Notes: generated from the letters alone by a model not told the origin. Shown: positions 25,036-37,609, counted from the first letter of the stretch. The stretch is 64,000 bases of DNA from a virus (IMGVR_UViG_3300048917_000432:993-64992); one strand, 5' to 3'. Numbers and translations are program-made.

Positions 25036-25512
25036 CTACTTCGAGGCCCTGGCCTGGGCCGCCCGGTCCGCCTCGGTCTGGTTGGCCAGGCCCCGAGCTG
25101 CGGCTGTGGTGTCCGCGGACGCGCGGGACGTCTCGTGCGGGTTCGCAGTGCCGGCCTTCAGCCGCTCCTGGCGAGCCTTTTCCTCCTCGACCAGCGCCTT
25201 CTTGACCCGCTCCTGCTCGACCTTGGCCGCTTCGGCCTTGGCCTCCTTGGCGTTGTCCACGGCGATGAACTCGACCGGGCGGTCCTTGTCGTTTTCCCGC
25301 TTCTTCTTCTCGTCCTTGAGCTGCTTGACCACGTCGGCGAGCACTTCCTCGACCCGGCTCAGCTCCTGGCCCGACATCTGGGCGTAGCGCTCCGGCCGCA
25401 CCTCGTTGCCCAGGTGGGACGGGGTGATGTTGGGCAGCTGGTAGGCGATCAATCTGGTCGCCTCCTCCCAGTCGGCCTGGAGTAGTTCGGTGTCCTGCTG
25501 GCTCAGTGCCAT
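25036..25512 (-). CDS. CsbD-like N-terminal domain plus charged coiled coil
   Basis: MALSQQDTELLQADWEEATRLI paralogous to 24530 gene; RBS GGGAGGA. Confidence 0.65.
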   Translation of the reverse strand: MALSQQDTELLQADWEEATRLIAYQLPNITPSHLGNEVRPERYAQMSGQELSRVEEVLADVVKQLKDEKKKRENDKDRPVEFIAVDNAKEAKAEAAKVEQERVKKALVEEEKARQERLKAGTANPHETSRASADTTAAARGLANQTEADRAAQARASK

Positions 25513-25724
25513 GACTCGTTCCTCCCTGTCGACGGCGGTTGCCGTGTCCGGTACCAAGAATGATGCTCCGCCGGGCAGCACGCGTCTTGCTCCGGCGGCC
25601 ACGCTTGGGACGGGCGCACGGCATGGTGTCCGGGGAGATCCCGGGACGGGCCCTCTGGATGGCCTCATGAAACACCGCGCGCCGGCAGCACGCGCGTGTG
25701 GATCGGCCGTGGGATTCTCAGATC

Positions 25725-26006
25725 ATGACTACCAAGAAGAGCGCGACCGAAGCCACCGAGGTCCCCGGCGACTTCAGCGACCCGGCCTTCGCGGAGGCGA
25801 ACGAGCACCTGTACGACAAGGCCTATGACCAGACCATCCCGGCCGAAGAGGCCGAGGAGCAGGCGCTGGCCCGGGGCAAGGAGGCCGAGGAGGCCGCCAA
25901 GGACGAGGCCAAAGCCTCGGCCAGCAGCAACAAGGCCGAGAACCAGGAGCTGCACCACAACGCGGCCCAGCACAAGGCCGCGCATCCGGATCAGGCCAAG
26001 AAGTGA
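25725..26006 (+). CDS. Ala/Glu/Lys-rich low-complexity protein
   Basis: 93 aa, GTGA overlap with next gene. Confidence 0.6.
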   Translation: MTTKKSATEATEVPGDFSDPAFAEANEHLYDKAYDQTIPAEEAEEQALARGKEAEEAAKDEAKASASSNKAENQELHHNAAQHKAAHPDQAKK

Positions 26007-26344
26007 CCAGCCCGGACGGCGAAGAGCTCGCCCCGGCCGATGGCCCCTTCGTCGAGCCGACCGCATTGGCCGGGCTGGAGAAGGATTTCGCCGACGACGA
26101 CGAGGACGACGAGGATCCGGACGTCGAGATCGACGACGATGACGATGTCGTCGATGCCCTGACCCTGGCCGACGAGGAGGACGACGAGGACTTCGACGAC
26201 GAGCCCAACGAGGCCGAGGTCCAGCCCCTGGAGGACGACGAGGCCGCATTGGTCATCCGGCCCCAGGAGCAGGCCGGCGCCGAGGACGACCCCGAGGCCG
26301 ACCAGAACGTCGGGATCAGGGAGCCCGAAGGGGAAACTCCGTGA
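26003..26344 (+). CDS. Highly acidic protein
   Basis: Long D/E runs; GTGA overlap with endolysin. Confidence 0.65.
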   Translation: MTSPDGEELAPADGPFVEPTALAGLEKDFADDDEDDEDPDVEIDDDDDVVDALTLADEEDDEDFDDEPNEAEVQPLEDDEAALVIRPQEQAGAEDDPEADQNVGIREPEGETP

Positions 26345-27279
26345 CCAACTACCCCCGCAGCGCCTACGGGAGTTCGAATCCCAACGCCGGCTACCCGGCC
26401 AACGGCGACCGCGCCGCCTTCGGCGGCCATGCCTGGCCGGCCGGGGTGCCCACCGGGCTGCTGGCGCGCACGACCTACACGTCGTCCAAGGGACAGCGCA
26501 ATTTCGTGGTGATGCGCCGGGAGCTGGTGCCGCTGTGGAACCTGGCCTTCGAGATCTGCGATCGCAAGCACGGGTACACCGTGTGGTCGAATCACAACGG
26601 GGAGAACTGGGGTCCCTGGGGCTACGAGAACCGCGCCATTTCCGGCACCTCGACCGCATCCGGCCACTCCATGGGCCTGTCGGTGGACATCAACGCCCCG
26701 TTCAATCCGTACAGCTACACGTTCCAGTCGGACATGCCGCCGAAGATGGTGGCCGATCTGGAGTCGCTGGGCCTGTACTGGGGCGGTAGGTACCAGGGCC
26801 AGAAGTACGACGCCATGCACTTCGGGTTCTGCCGGGCGCCGGGCACGCTCGGCCAGTACATCGCCAAGGCCCGGGCGATCCTGGGCAAGCCGGCCCCCAA
26901 GCCGCCGGCGCCGAAGCCGCCGACCAAGGTGACGGGCATCCCCAAGCCCAAGAAGACCGCGACCTACAACCCGGCGGGACGTAAGCCGGTGTGGCCGCTG
27001 CCCGCGGGGCACACGCTCGGTGTCGCCAGCGGTCCGGCCACGCAGCACTCCGGAGACCCGCGCTACGACTCTGCGGTCACCCGCTCGCGGATCAAGATCC
27101 CCCAGTCCTACCTGGGGGCCATCGGGTGGTACACGGGCAGGATCGACGGTCTGTTCGGCAGCGGCATGGAGGCCGCAACCAAGCGATTCCAGAAGGCGTA
27201 CAACGGGCCGACCGGCAAGCTCAAGGTCGACGGCATCATCGGGCCCCGCACCTGGAACGCGATGGGTTGCCGAGTCTGA
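26341..27279 (+). CDS. Endolysin: M15-family peptidase + peptidoglycan-binding domain
   Basis: WGYENRAI..SGHSMGLSVDIN..WGGRY..DAMHF; IDGLFG..FQK..VDGIIGPRTW. Confidence 0.9.
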   Translation: MTNYPRSAYGSSNPNAGYPANGDRAAFGGHAWPAGVPTGLLARTTYTSSKGQRNFVVMRRELVPLWNLAFEICDRKHGYTVWSNHNGENWGPWGYENRAISGTSTASGHSMGLSVDINAPFNPYSYTFQSDMPPKMVADLESLGLYWGGRYQGQKYDAMHFGFCRAPGTLGQYIAKARAILGKPAPKPPAPKPPTKVTGIPKPKKTATYNPAGRKPVWPLPAGHTLGVASGPATQHSGDPRYDSAVTRSRIKIPQSYLGAIGWYTGRIDGLFGSGMEAATKRFQKAYNGPTGKLKVDGIIGPRTWNAMGCRV

Positions 27280-27290
27280 GGGTGGGGGAC

Positions 27291-27785
27291 GTGAATGCAC
27301 CGCGTGACGACGACCGACCCGGCACTGACAAGCGCATCGTCGACGCCGGTGCGGGAAGCGTTCTGGGTGACCCAATTCCGCCTGGTCCTACCGTTGGTAC
27401 TCGGGGCGGCGGCGTTCGTGACGGGGCTGATCACCAGGGACCTGCTGTGGATCGGGATCGGCGGGTCACTGATCGGGATTCCTGGTCTGGTCAGCGCCGT
27501 CGGTACGCGCTCCCACTCCTCGACCGGGTCCTCCTGATCGCCAGCTACGCCATTCTGGTGCTCACCGTCGTCTTCGGCGGCCTGTGGCTGCAGCACCAGC
27601 TGGATGACGCCAAGCAGGATCGTTGCCAGTTGGCCTACGGTCAGATCAAGGTGCTCAGGGCCGAAATCAACGTCTTCCAGGTGCAGATCCAGGCACTGCC
27701 GGCGGACCAACTGGCCGCCGCCCAGCAGGCGGTGCAGTCCGCGGTGGACTGGGTGAGCGCCGAGTGCGGTCCGATACCCTCCTGA
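27291..27785 (+). CDS. Single-TM coiled-coil lysis-cassette protein (start uncertain)
   Basis: Only canonical start is GTG 27291; TM LLIASYAILVLTVVFGGLWL followed by coiled coil. Confidence 0.5.
   Translation: MNAPRDDDRPGTDKRIVDAGAGSVLGDPIPPGPTVGTRGGGVRDGADHQGPAVDRDRRVTDRDSWSGQRRRYALPLLDRVLLIASYAILVLTVVFGGLWLQHQLDDAKQDRCQLAYGQIKVLRAEINVFQVQIQALPADQLAAAQQAVQSAVDWVSAECGPIPS
27295..27537 (+). CDS. Two-TM holin-like protein nested in the previous ORF
   Basis: Two TM helices directly after endolysin. Confidence 0.6.
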   Translation: MHRVTTTDPALTSASSTPVREAFWVTQFRLVLPLVLGAAAFVTGLITRDLLWIGIGGSLIGIPGLVSAVGTRSHSSTGSS

Positions 27786-27815
27786 CCAGCACGAACCGAG
27801 AGAGGGCGTGACCGC

Positions 27816-30125
27816 GTGGCCGTGTACCCGGGCGCGATCGACGACTTCCCCGACCCGTTACCCACCACCCGACAGGACACGATCTCCCACTCAGCCCTGC
27901 ACCAGGCCGAGGGCGACGCCATCATCGCCATCGAGACGGTGCTGGGTCAGCTGCCCGCGGGGCAGGCCACCACCGTCGCCGCCCGGATCAAGGCCACCGA
28001 GGATGCGATCGGGGCCAAGGCGGACGCCGCCACCACCGCCCAGGCGCTGCAGGCCAAAGCCGATGTAGTGCCCACCCAGGCGGCTTTGAACACCAAGGTG
28101 GACGCCAGCGCGCTGGCCCCGGTGGCGCTGTCCGGGAACTATGCGGACCTGACGAACAAGCCGGCGATCCCGGCCGCGGCCGCCGACATCCATGCGGTAC
28201 CTGACACCCGCAAGGTCAACAGCAAGCCTTTGACCGCTGATGTGGTGCTCAGCCCCGCGGATGTGGGGGCCGGCACCGCCGCGCAGGGTGCTCTCGCGGA
28301 CACCGCGTTGCAGCCGCAGACCGTGCACCCCGTCGCGATCTCCGGGGATTACGCCACCCTGAATGGCAAGCCACCACTGGTGGCGCAGCCTTCCGACATC
28401 GGCGCCGCCACCGCCGCCCAGGGCGCGAGGGCCGACACTGCGGTGCAGCCCGGTGACCTGGCCACCGTTGCCACCACCGGTGCCTACAGCGACCTGACCG
28501 GCGCCCCGCAGGTGCCGGTGCATCCCGCCGACATCGGCGCGGCGACCGCGGCTCAGGGCGCGAAGGCCGATACCGCCGCGCAGGTGACCTCGCTGGCCGC
28601 GGTGGCCTTCTCCGGGGCCTACAACAACCTGGTCGGCCTGCCGACCATCCCGTCGGCACCCGGCGATATCGGTGCAGCGACTGCGGCCCAGGGGGCGAAG
28701 GCCGACACCGCGGTGCAGCCGGTCAGCCTGGCCGTGGTCGCCGGCACCGGCCAGTACGCGGATCTGCTGAACAAGCCGGTCATCCCGCAAACCCCCGCCG
28801 ACCTGGGTGCGGCCACCGCCGCCCAGGGTGCGCTGGCCGACGGGGCCGCGCAGGCGGCGGCCCTGGCGGTCGTGGCGACCACCGGGTCCTACGGTGACCT
28901 GCTGGACCCGCCGTTCATTCCGCAGAACACGGAGGACATCGGTGCGGCCACCGCTGAGCAAGGTGTGCTGGCCGACACCGCGGTGCAACCGGACAGCCTG
29001 GCCCTGGTGGCCACCTCCGGGGCGTATGACGACCTGTCGGGCTTGCCCGACATTCCGCAGACCCCGGACGACTTGGGCGCCGCCACCAGTGATCAGGGCC
29101 TCCTGGCGGACACAGCGGTGCAGCCCGACATGCTGGCCGACGTTGCGTTCACCGGTGACTACGGCCAGCTGGTCAACGTCCCCGATGTGATCACTACCCC
29201 GGAGGACATCGGGGCGGCCGACGCATCGCAGGGCTTGCTGGCCGAGTCGGCGGTGCAGCCCGACGCGCTGGCCGCGGTGGCGTTCTCCGGGTCGTACGCC
29301 GACCTGCCGGACGCCCCGACCGTCCCGGGACAGGCCGAGGATATCGGCGCGGTTCCGGGCAGTCGTACCGTCCAGGCCGGACCGGGACTGCTCGGCGGCG
29401 GCACCCTGGACAGCGACCTGCAGTTCGACGTGGATTTCGGCGGTGACGGTGAGTCGGAGCAGGTAGCGCGGGCCGATCACACCCACAGCCTGGCCGATTT
29501 CGGCGCCGTGTGGAGCCCGGGCGACATCAAGGCCGCCGCCTACGTCACCCCCGACGACGGCTGGCTGCTGTGCGACGGTTCTGACCAGCTGATCAGCGAC
29601 TATCCCGCGTTGTTCGCCCGGATCGGCACCACGTTCGGGGCGGCCGTCGACCCGGTCAACTTCTTCAAGATTCCGATGCTGATCAGCCGGTTCCCCCGCG
29701 GCGCGGCCAACGGGACGCCGAACATCGGCGGCGGCAACAACAACCACACCCATTCCGTTCCGGGGTCCGCGCACACCCACACCTCCGACCCGCACACGCA
29801 CACCATCCCGGCGCACTCGCACCCGCTGTCCAGCAACGGCTGGGCGCAAGTCTGGGTCAGTACCAGCGGCGTCGGCATCCGCCGGATCAACGTCACGTCC
29901 TACGCGGAGACCCTGGCCTCCACCTCGACGTTTTCAGCCGCGTCCAGTTCGACCGCGCGGACGCTGGGTGCGGGACTGGAAGGCGGCACGGACAACTCCG
30001 CGGTGTTGACCTCCGGCTCGACCACTCCGGCCGCGACCGGTTCGACCACTCCGGCCGCAGTGACCGCGGCCTCGTCCTCGAACGTGCCCCAGTACACGGA
30101 CCTCAACTACTTCATAAAGACCTGA
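27816..30125 (+). CDS. Tail fibre with 45-aa repeats, tail collar domain and His-rich tip
   Basis: [30 protein letters not shown]; HTH/HSH motifs. Confidence 0.85.
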   Translation: MAVYPGAIDDFPDPLPTTRQDTISHSALHQAEGDAIIAIETVLGQLPAGQATTVAARIKATEDAIGAKADAATTAQALQAKADVVPTQAALNTKVDASALAPVALSGNYADLTNKPAIPAAAADIHAVPDTRKVNSKPLTADVVLSPADVGAGTAAQGALADTALQPQTVHPVAISGDYATLNGKPPLVAQPSDIGAATAAQGARADTAVQPGDLATVATTGAYSDLTGAPQVPVHPADIGAATAAQGAKADTAAQVTSLAAVAFSGAYNNLVGLPTIPSAPGDIGAATAAQGAKADTAVQPVSLAVVAGTGQYADLLNKPVIPQTPADLGAATAAQGALADGAAQAAALAVVATTGSYGDLLDPPFIPQNTEDIGAATAEQGVLADTAVQPDSLALVATSGAYDDLSGLPDIPQTPDDLGAATSDQGLLADTAVQPDMLADVAFTGDYGQLVNVPDVITTPEDIGAADASQGLLAESAVQPDALAAVAFSGSYADLPDAPTVPGQAEDIGAVPGSRTVQAGPGLLGGGTLDSDLQFDVDFGGDGESEQVARADHTHSLADFGAVWSPGDIKAAAYVTPDDGWLLCDGSDQLISDYPALFARIGTTFGAAVDPVNFFKIPMLISRFPRGAANGTPNIGGGNNNHTHSVPGSAHTHTSDPHTHTIPAHSHPLSSNGWAQVWVSTSGVGIRRINVTSYAETLASTSTFSAASSSTARTLGAGLEGGTDNSAVLTSGSTTPAATGSTTPAAVTAASSSNVPQYTDLNYFIKT
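28260..29339 (+). repeat. Eight 135-nt (45-aa) coding repeats
   Basis: D(I/L/V)GA starts at 28260, 28395, 28530, 28665, 28800, 28935, 29070, 29205, 29340. Confidence 0.9.
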
Positions 30126-30135
30126 GATCGGGGCC

Positions 30136-32513
<2,378 letters not shown>

Positions 32514-32514
<1 letters not shown>

Positions 32515-32957
32515 TGGCCGAGCTGCTGCCCAACAGCAAGGTGTTCTACGGGGACACCGAGGGCACCGCGCTGCACCAGAACAAGAAGAGCTGGCCGTAC
32601 GTCGATCAGACGCGGGCCGGCATCTTCATCATCTACGACCACCACATGCGTTACGACCACCCGGTTTTCTACGACGGGCTGATGCCCCGAATGGACATCA
32701 GCATCGAGGTCGGGGACAACCGGCGCCGCCCCGCGGCCCAGGCCCGCAAGACCCGACAGGCGGCCGCGGTCGGCGAAACCCGGGGCAACCCAGCCGTTGG
32801 GCCCACCCGACACAAGTCCGGATCCGGCCCGCTGGGCGGCACCAGGGTGGTGCTGTTTGCTCCAATAGGCGTAGAACCCACCAGAAGGCCGCAAATCTCC
32901 GGACCCACCCGCCGGCACTTCAAGGTGGGCCCGACCCGGCAGAGAAAGGGAGCGTGA
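32514..32957 (+). CDS. Hypothetical virion-associated protein with basic GPTR repeats
   Basis: TGATG coupling; within tail cluster. Confidence 0.6.
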
Positions 32958-32960
32958 CCC

Positions 32961-33284
32961 ATGGTCGTCGCCATCTACCACACCGCAACGGAGTACACGG
33001 CGAACGCCATCACCATGGCGCGCGGCACCCCGGCGGACATCGTGTCGGTGGGCGTCTACCACAACACCGATCCGCAGAAGGTCCCCGACGTCGCCGACTT
33101 CACCGAGGTGAGGTTGGTGCTGCCCGGGGATCTGCTGGCCGAGGGCAGCACCGTGGACATCCTGTCGCTGATCGGCCCGGGCGGTGATGTGGAGCTGCAG
33201 CCCGGCGATTACCAGCGATGGACGCTGATCACCACGGTGGCCGAGAACATCATCGACTCCGTCGACACAGTGAGCATTCTCTGA
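32961..33284 (+). CDS. Minor tail / hypothetical structural protein
   Basis: Beta-rich; RBS GGGAG. Confidence 0.6.
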   Translation: MVVAIYHTATEYTANAITMARGTPADIVSVGVYHNTDPQKVPDVADFTEVRLVLPGDLLAEGSTVDILSLIGPGGDVELQPGDYQRWTLITTVAENIIDSVDTVSIL

Positions 33285-33529
33285 TGGCCCGCGTGCGCCC
33301 CGACGGCCCCCGGTTCGAGGCCGACTGGCTGGTCGTCAACTGCGACGCCGCCGGCGCGGTCCCCGTGTGGATCAGTGTCGGTGGCGGTGATTTCGTCCCG
33401 GCGTACCGCGACTACTACGCCGGGGTACGGGCCGCCCAGATCCGCCACCCTCCCGGCGGATCCGGGCGGACCCCGGTTCGACTGAAGGTCGGTGACGTCA
33501 TCACCGACGCCGGAACGATCGATCTGTAG
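33284..33529 (+). CDS. Hypothetical protein
   Basis: TGATG coupling. Confidence 0.55.
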   Translation: MARVRPDGPRFEADWLVVNCDAAGAVPVWISVGGGDFVPAYRDYYAGVRAAQIRHPPGGSGRTPVRLKVGDVITDAGTIDL

Positions 33530-33534
33530 AGGCC

Positions 33535-36500
33535 ATGGTCACCCGCAACCGGTTGGGGCCGCAGGGCATCGGTGGTCCCACCGTCATCACCTACAACGCC
33601 CCGTCCTCCAGCACGCCCGACCCCCGGATTCCCGGTGCGCCCACCGCGCTGGCCGGCTACGGGTCGGTGTACCTGCTCGAGGGCGGCGGATACCAGTCGG
33701 CGGCGGTGCTGTCCTGGACCCCCTCCCCGGGCGACCAGGACGGTAATGCGATGAACCTGATGACCACCGAAATCTGGGGCAAAAAGGTGGTCACTGGGTC
33801 CACGTTCGCCCAGGTGGGGATGGTGAGCGCCGCTGACGACAGCGTCACCATCGACGGGTTCAAGCCGAAGGACACCTGGCAGTTCAAGCTGCGGACGTTG
33901 TCGGAGTCGGGGAAGGCATCTTCCTACTCCAACGTCATTTCGATCAAGATGCCCTACCAGGATGTGCCGCCGCCGGTGCCGTCGGTGCCGGTCCCCACCT
34001 CGCGGCTGGGCACGGTGAGCCTGCGGTGGGACGGCAAGGCCTCGGGCGGCGGGGCGATGCCGCCGGATTTCGACCACATCCGGGTGGACCGGTGCGCCGA
34101 CAATCTGTGGATCACCGGCGTGACGACGATCGACACGTTGAACGTCGCCAGCATCGCGGTGGACGCCCCGCTGACCGTGGGGGCCACCTGGTTCTACCGG
34201 TTCATCGCGTTCGACAACGCCGGCAACCCGTCGGGCCCCAGCGGGTCCGCTCAGATCAAGGTGGACGGGGTCACCGGGCCCGACATCCCGGCGAACCTGA
34301 TCGACGAAGGCAAGCTGGCCAAGTCGATCACCGACGACATCGACAAGGCGCTGATCGACTCGGCCGCCGCGGTGGGCGCGACGGAGAACTCGTCCAAGGT
34401 CTTCCTGCAGCCGGTGATGCCGACCACCGGAATGACCTCCGGGGACATGTGGTACGACTCGTCCCACGGCAACGCGCCCTACCGCTATGGCATCCCGGCC
34501 GGCGGCACCGTTCCCGCCTGGGTGTCGGTGCGGGACGACGTGCTCAACAAGGCGTTCCCCAACGGGGTGAGCCTGGACAAGGGCTTCCTGGAAGCCAGTG
34601 TGGTGCAGGCCAAGATGATCTCGGCCGGTGCTGTGGACGCCGAATACCTCATCGCCAGCAAGTCGATCACGTCGGCCTCCGGGGTGATCGGTTCGCTGAG
34701 CGCCGGCGACATCAAAACCGGGTTCCTGGATTCGGCGCTGATCAAGGCGGGCAGCATCACCGCCGGGAAGATGGTGCTGGGCGACACCGAGAACCTGGTC
34801 AGCGAACCCGGTTTCGCCGATCCCGGACCGTGGGTGGGTCAGGGCGCCCAGGCCGACGCATCGGACCTGCCGGCCTCCGGCGCGGGCAAGGTCTGGCGGT
34901 TCCTGGGCACCGGCCTCCAGCAGAACGCGATCAACACCCAGGTGTCACCGGCCCTGCCTGTGCAGAACGCCGGTAAGCCGGAGGAAATCCCTGCCGACTC
35001 GTTCTACGCCGAATGCTGGGTGCGCAAGACGGCCACCTCCACCACCGGCACCGCGGCCCTGGTGATGAACGTCAGCCGGAAAGGCACCACTGATACGTCG
35101 GTGGTGTTCGACTCGAAGGTCTACAAGACCACCGACCCGGCCAACGTCTGGGTGAAGCTTTCCGGCACCGCCCTGGTGCCGGCCCTGGGTTACGACGTGG
35201 CGCTGTGCGTGCGGGCTGGTGCCGACGTGAACGTCGGCGGGCAGATCCAGTTCAGCCAGGTGATGATGCGCCGCAAGCTGCACGGCTCCCTGGTGGTGGA
35301 CGGGTCGATCACCGCCGACCAGATCAAGAGCAACACCATCACCGGTGACCAGATTTTCGGTCACTCGATCACCGCCGCCGAGATCGACGCCAAGACCATC
35401 CGCGCCGACAGCTTCATAGCCGGCAGCATCACCTCCAACTCGGCGGTGATCGGTTCGCTCAACGCATCCAAGATCACCGCCGGGTTCATGGATGCCGAGC
35501 GCATCACCGCGGGCAGCATCACCTCCGATCGGCTGGATGCCGGGCACATCGAAGGCAGCGTGATCAAAGGCAACTCCATGCACGCGAACCGGATCCAGGC
35601 CACCACCTTCACCGGCGACAGGATCAACGGTCGGCAGATCAAGGCCGGTCACATCATTGCCGGCGAAATCACCGGCAACGAGATCCACGGCCGGACCATC
35701 AAAGCCGGTCACATCATTGCCGGCGAAATCACCGGCAACGAGATCCACGGCCGGACCATCAAGGCCGGTCACATCATTGCCGGCCAAATCACCGGCTACG
35801 AGATCCACGGCCGGACCATCAAGGCCGGTCACATCATTGCCGGCCAAATCACCGGCTACGAGATCAGCGCCACCGCCATCAACGGCAAGACCATCACCGG
35901 CGCCACCATCCGCACCGCAGCCTCCGGTCGCCGGGTGCAGCTGTCCAAAGGGGGGCTCTCTTTCGTCACCTCCAGCGGCACCCCGCTGCTCAGCCTGGCC
36001 ACCTCCAACAACGCGTTCTACATCCGGTCGGGCACCAGTGCGGCCCATTTCATCCTGGACAACTCCGGTTTCCGGCTCTACAACTCGTCCGGCAAGAACA
36101 CGGTGAACCTGTCCAACTCCGGGGGCGCCACTTTCCAGGGAAACGTCAACGCCAGCACCTTCAACGGCATGACGATCAACAGCGCCACCAACAGGGGCAC
36201 CATCTCCGGCGGCACCATCTCCGGCATCGTTCATTCCGGCGGCAGTCTCAGCGGCACCGTCACCAACCGCGGCGTTCTTTCCGGCGGCACCATGCGCAGC
36301 AGTGGTTCGACGACCCGGGTGCAGTTCAATTACGACCGGGTTGAGCTCATCCACGGCGGCACCATGAGCGGCATTTTGAGCCCCCGCGCGGATGGCGCGG
36401 GTATCGACCTGTATGCCGCGGGCAGTAGTGCGCGGGTGTTCTTCGGCACCAAGGATTCCCTCGTGGTGGCCAATTCCGGCACTATCTACTCCACCGGTAT

Positions 36501-36900
36501 CTACGGCAACGCCGCGTCCGGCGGTGCGGCGGTCTACATCCAATCCAACGGTTTCCTCACCCGGCACACCTCCAGTCAGCGGTACAAGACGGCGATCCGC
36601 GACCTGGGGTTGGCCCCGGAGTTCATGGACATCCGCACCGCCACCTGGCTGGACAAACCCAACCCGGCAACCATCTACCACCGGCTGTCCACCAAGGGCA
36701 GCAAACGGTTCACCGGGTTCCTGGCCGAGAACCTGCATCGCATCGGTTTGACCGATGCGGTCACCTATGACCGGATGGCTCGACCTGTCACCATTCAGAT
36801 GCCTGCCCTGCTGGCGCACACCGTGGCGTACGTCCAGTACCTGGTCCACCGGGTGGACGAGCTGTCCAAGAGGGTCGAGACCTTGGAGGGGGTGCTGTGA
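33535..36900 (+). CDS. Central tail fibre: FN3-like domains, GSITA repeats, CBM-like insert, C-terminal S74 chaperone
   Basis: LSWT..WQFKLR, LRWD..WFYRFIAFD..S; SSQRYKTAIRDL..GFLAENL..terminal coiled coil. Confidence 0.85.
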   Translation: MVTRNRLGPQGIGGPTVITYNAPSSSTPDPRIPGAPTALAGYGSVYLLEGGGYQSAAVLSWTPSPGDQDGNAMNLMTTEIWGKKVVTGSTFAQVGMVSAADDSVTIDGFKPKDTWQFKLRTLSESGKASSYSNVISIKMPYQDVPPPVPSVPVPTSRLGTVSLRWDGKASGGGAMPPDFDHIRVDRCADNLWITGVTTIDTLNVASIAVDAPLTVGATWFYRFIAFDNAGNPSGPSGSAQIKVDGVTGPDIPANLIDEGKLAKSITDDIDKALIDSAAAVGATENSSKVFLQPVMPTTGMTSGDMWYDSSHGNAPYRYGIPAGGTVPAWVSVRDDVLNKAFPNGVSLDKGFLEASVVQAKMISAGAVDAEYLIASKSITSASGVIGSLSAGDIKTGFLDSALIKAGSITAGKMVLGDTENLVSEPGFADPGPWVGQGAQADASDLPASGAGKVWRFLGTGLQQNAINTQVSPALPVQNAGKPEEIPADSFYAECWVRKTATSTTGTAALVMNVSRKGTTDTSVVFDSKVYKTTDPANVWVKLSGTALVPALGYDVALCVRAGADVNVGGQIQFSQVMMRRKLHGSLVVDGSITADQIKSNTITGDQIFGHSITAAEIDAKTIRADSFIAGSITSNSAVIGSLNASKITAGFMDAERITAGSITSDRLDAGHIEGSVIKGNSMHANRIQATTFTGDRINGRQIKAGHIIAGEITGNEIHGRTIKAGHIIAGEITGNEIHGRTIKAGHIIAGQITGYEIHGRTIKAGHIIAGQITGYEISATAINGKTITGATIRTAASGRRVQLSKGGLSFVTSSGTPLLSLATSNNAFYIRSGTSAAHFILDNSGFRLYNSSGKNTVNLSNSGGATFQGNVNASTFNGMTINSATNRGTISGGTISGIVHSGGSLSGTVTNRGVLSGGTMRSSGSTTRVQFNYDRVELIHGGTMSGILSPRADGAGIDLYAAGSSARVFFGTKDSLVVANSGTIYSTGIYGNAASGGAAVYIQSNGFLTRHTSSQRYKTAIRDLGLAPEFMDIRTATWLDKPNPATIYHRLSTKGSKRFTGFLAENLHRIGLTDAVTYDRMARPVTIQMPALLAHTVAYVQYLVHRVDELSKRVETLEGVL
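35641..35865 (+). repeat. Near-identical 60-nt tandem repeat (about 3.75 copies)
   Basis: aaggccggtcacatcattgccggc... at 35641, 35701, 35761, 35821. Confidence 0.95.
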
Positions 36901-37421
36901 GCTACCAGGATGTGGCCGACATGGCCGAGGACTGGGGCCTGCGGATGCGGCTGATCGCCTGCGCCGCGCAGGAGCACCACGAGGACCCGGTGCAGTTCGT
37001 CGAGGAACACATCTGGCGGCTCGCCGGCCAGCCCGGCTGGGCGCAGGCCTGGGCGAAGGCCAGGGCGGCGCACACCAGCGAGGGCGACTACGAGGCGGGC
37101 AAGGACCCGAAGGTCATCTCCGATGAGATGATCTTGACCGCCATGCGCAAGGTGGTGGGTCATGTCGTGGCCCGGGCCGACGCGGAGGAGGCCAAGGTGG
37201 CGGCGCGACAGGCGGCGCAACGCGCCGCCGAGCAGGCCCACCACCTGGACACCGTTCGCCGCCAACACGAGATCGACAGGCAATACATCGAACCGCTGGA
37301 CAAGGTGGGGCCCCTGCCGCGCCTGCGCCCCGACGGGAGCCACCCGGCCGACCCGAAGCCTGAGCCGCCGGCGCCCCCGAAGGCCCGGCCCGCGCCCAAG
37401 ACCAAGGAGTCCGTCACGTGA
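36897..37421 (+). CDS. Conserved actinophage protein following tail fibre
   Basis: SYQDVADMAED..RLIACAAQE..QPGWAQAW..ISDEMILTA. Confidence 0.65.
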   Translation: MSYQDVADMAEDWGLRMRLIACAAQEHHEDPVQFVEEHIWRLAGQPGWAQAWAKARAAHTSEGDYEAGKDPKVISDEMILTAMRKVVGHVVARADAEEAKVAARQAAQRAAEQAHHLDTVRRQHEIDRQYIEPLDKVGPLPRLRPDGSHPADPKPEPPAPPKARPAPKTKESVT

Positions 37422-37609
37422 CCGAGCCTGCCGCACTGTCCGCCGTGCCCGACGAGGACGACGGGAACGTCCAGGTGGACGTGCACGAACTGCTGGAGGC
37501 GTACGCCAAGGTGTCCGCCGACCAGATCACCAGCCTGCTCACCCGGTGCGCCCAACTGGAGGCCATGGTGGCTGCGCAGCAGCGGCAGCTGGCCAAGCGT
37601 GGGAGGTAG
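37418..37609 (+). CDS. Small coiled-coil protein
   Basis: GTGA overlap. Confidence 0.55.
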   Translation: MTEPAALSAVPDEDDGNVQVDVHELLEAYAKVSADQITSLLTRCAQLEAMVAAQQRQLAKRGR

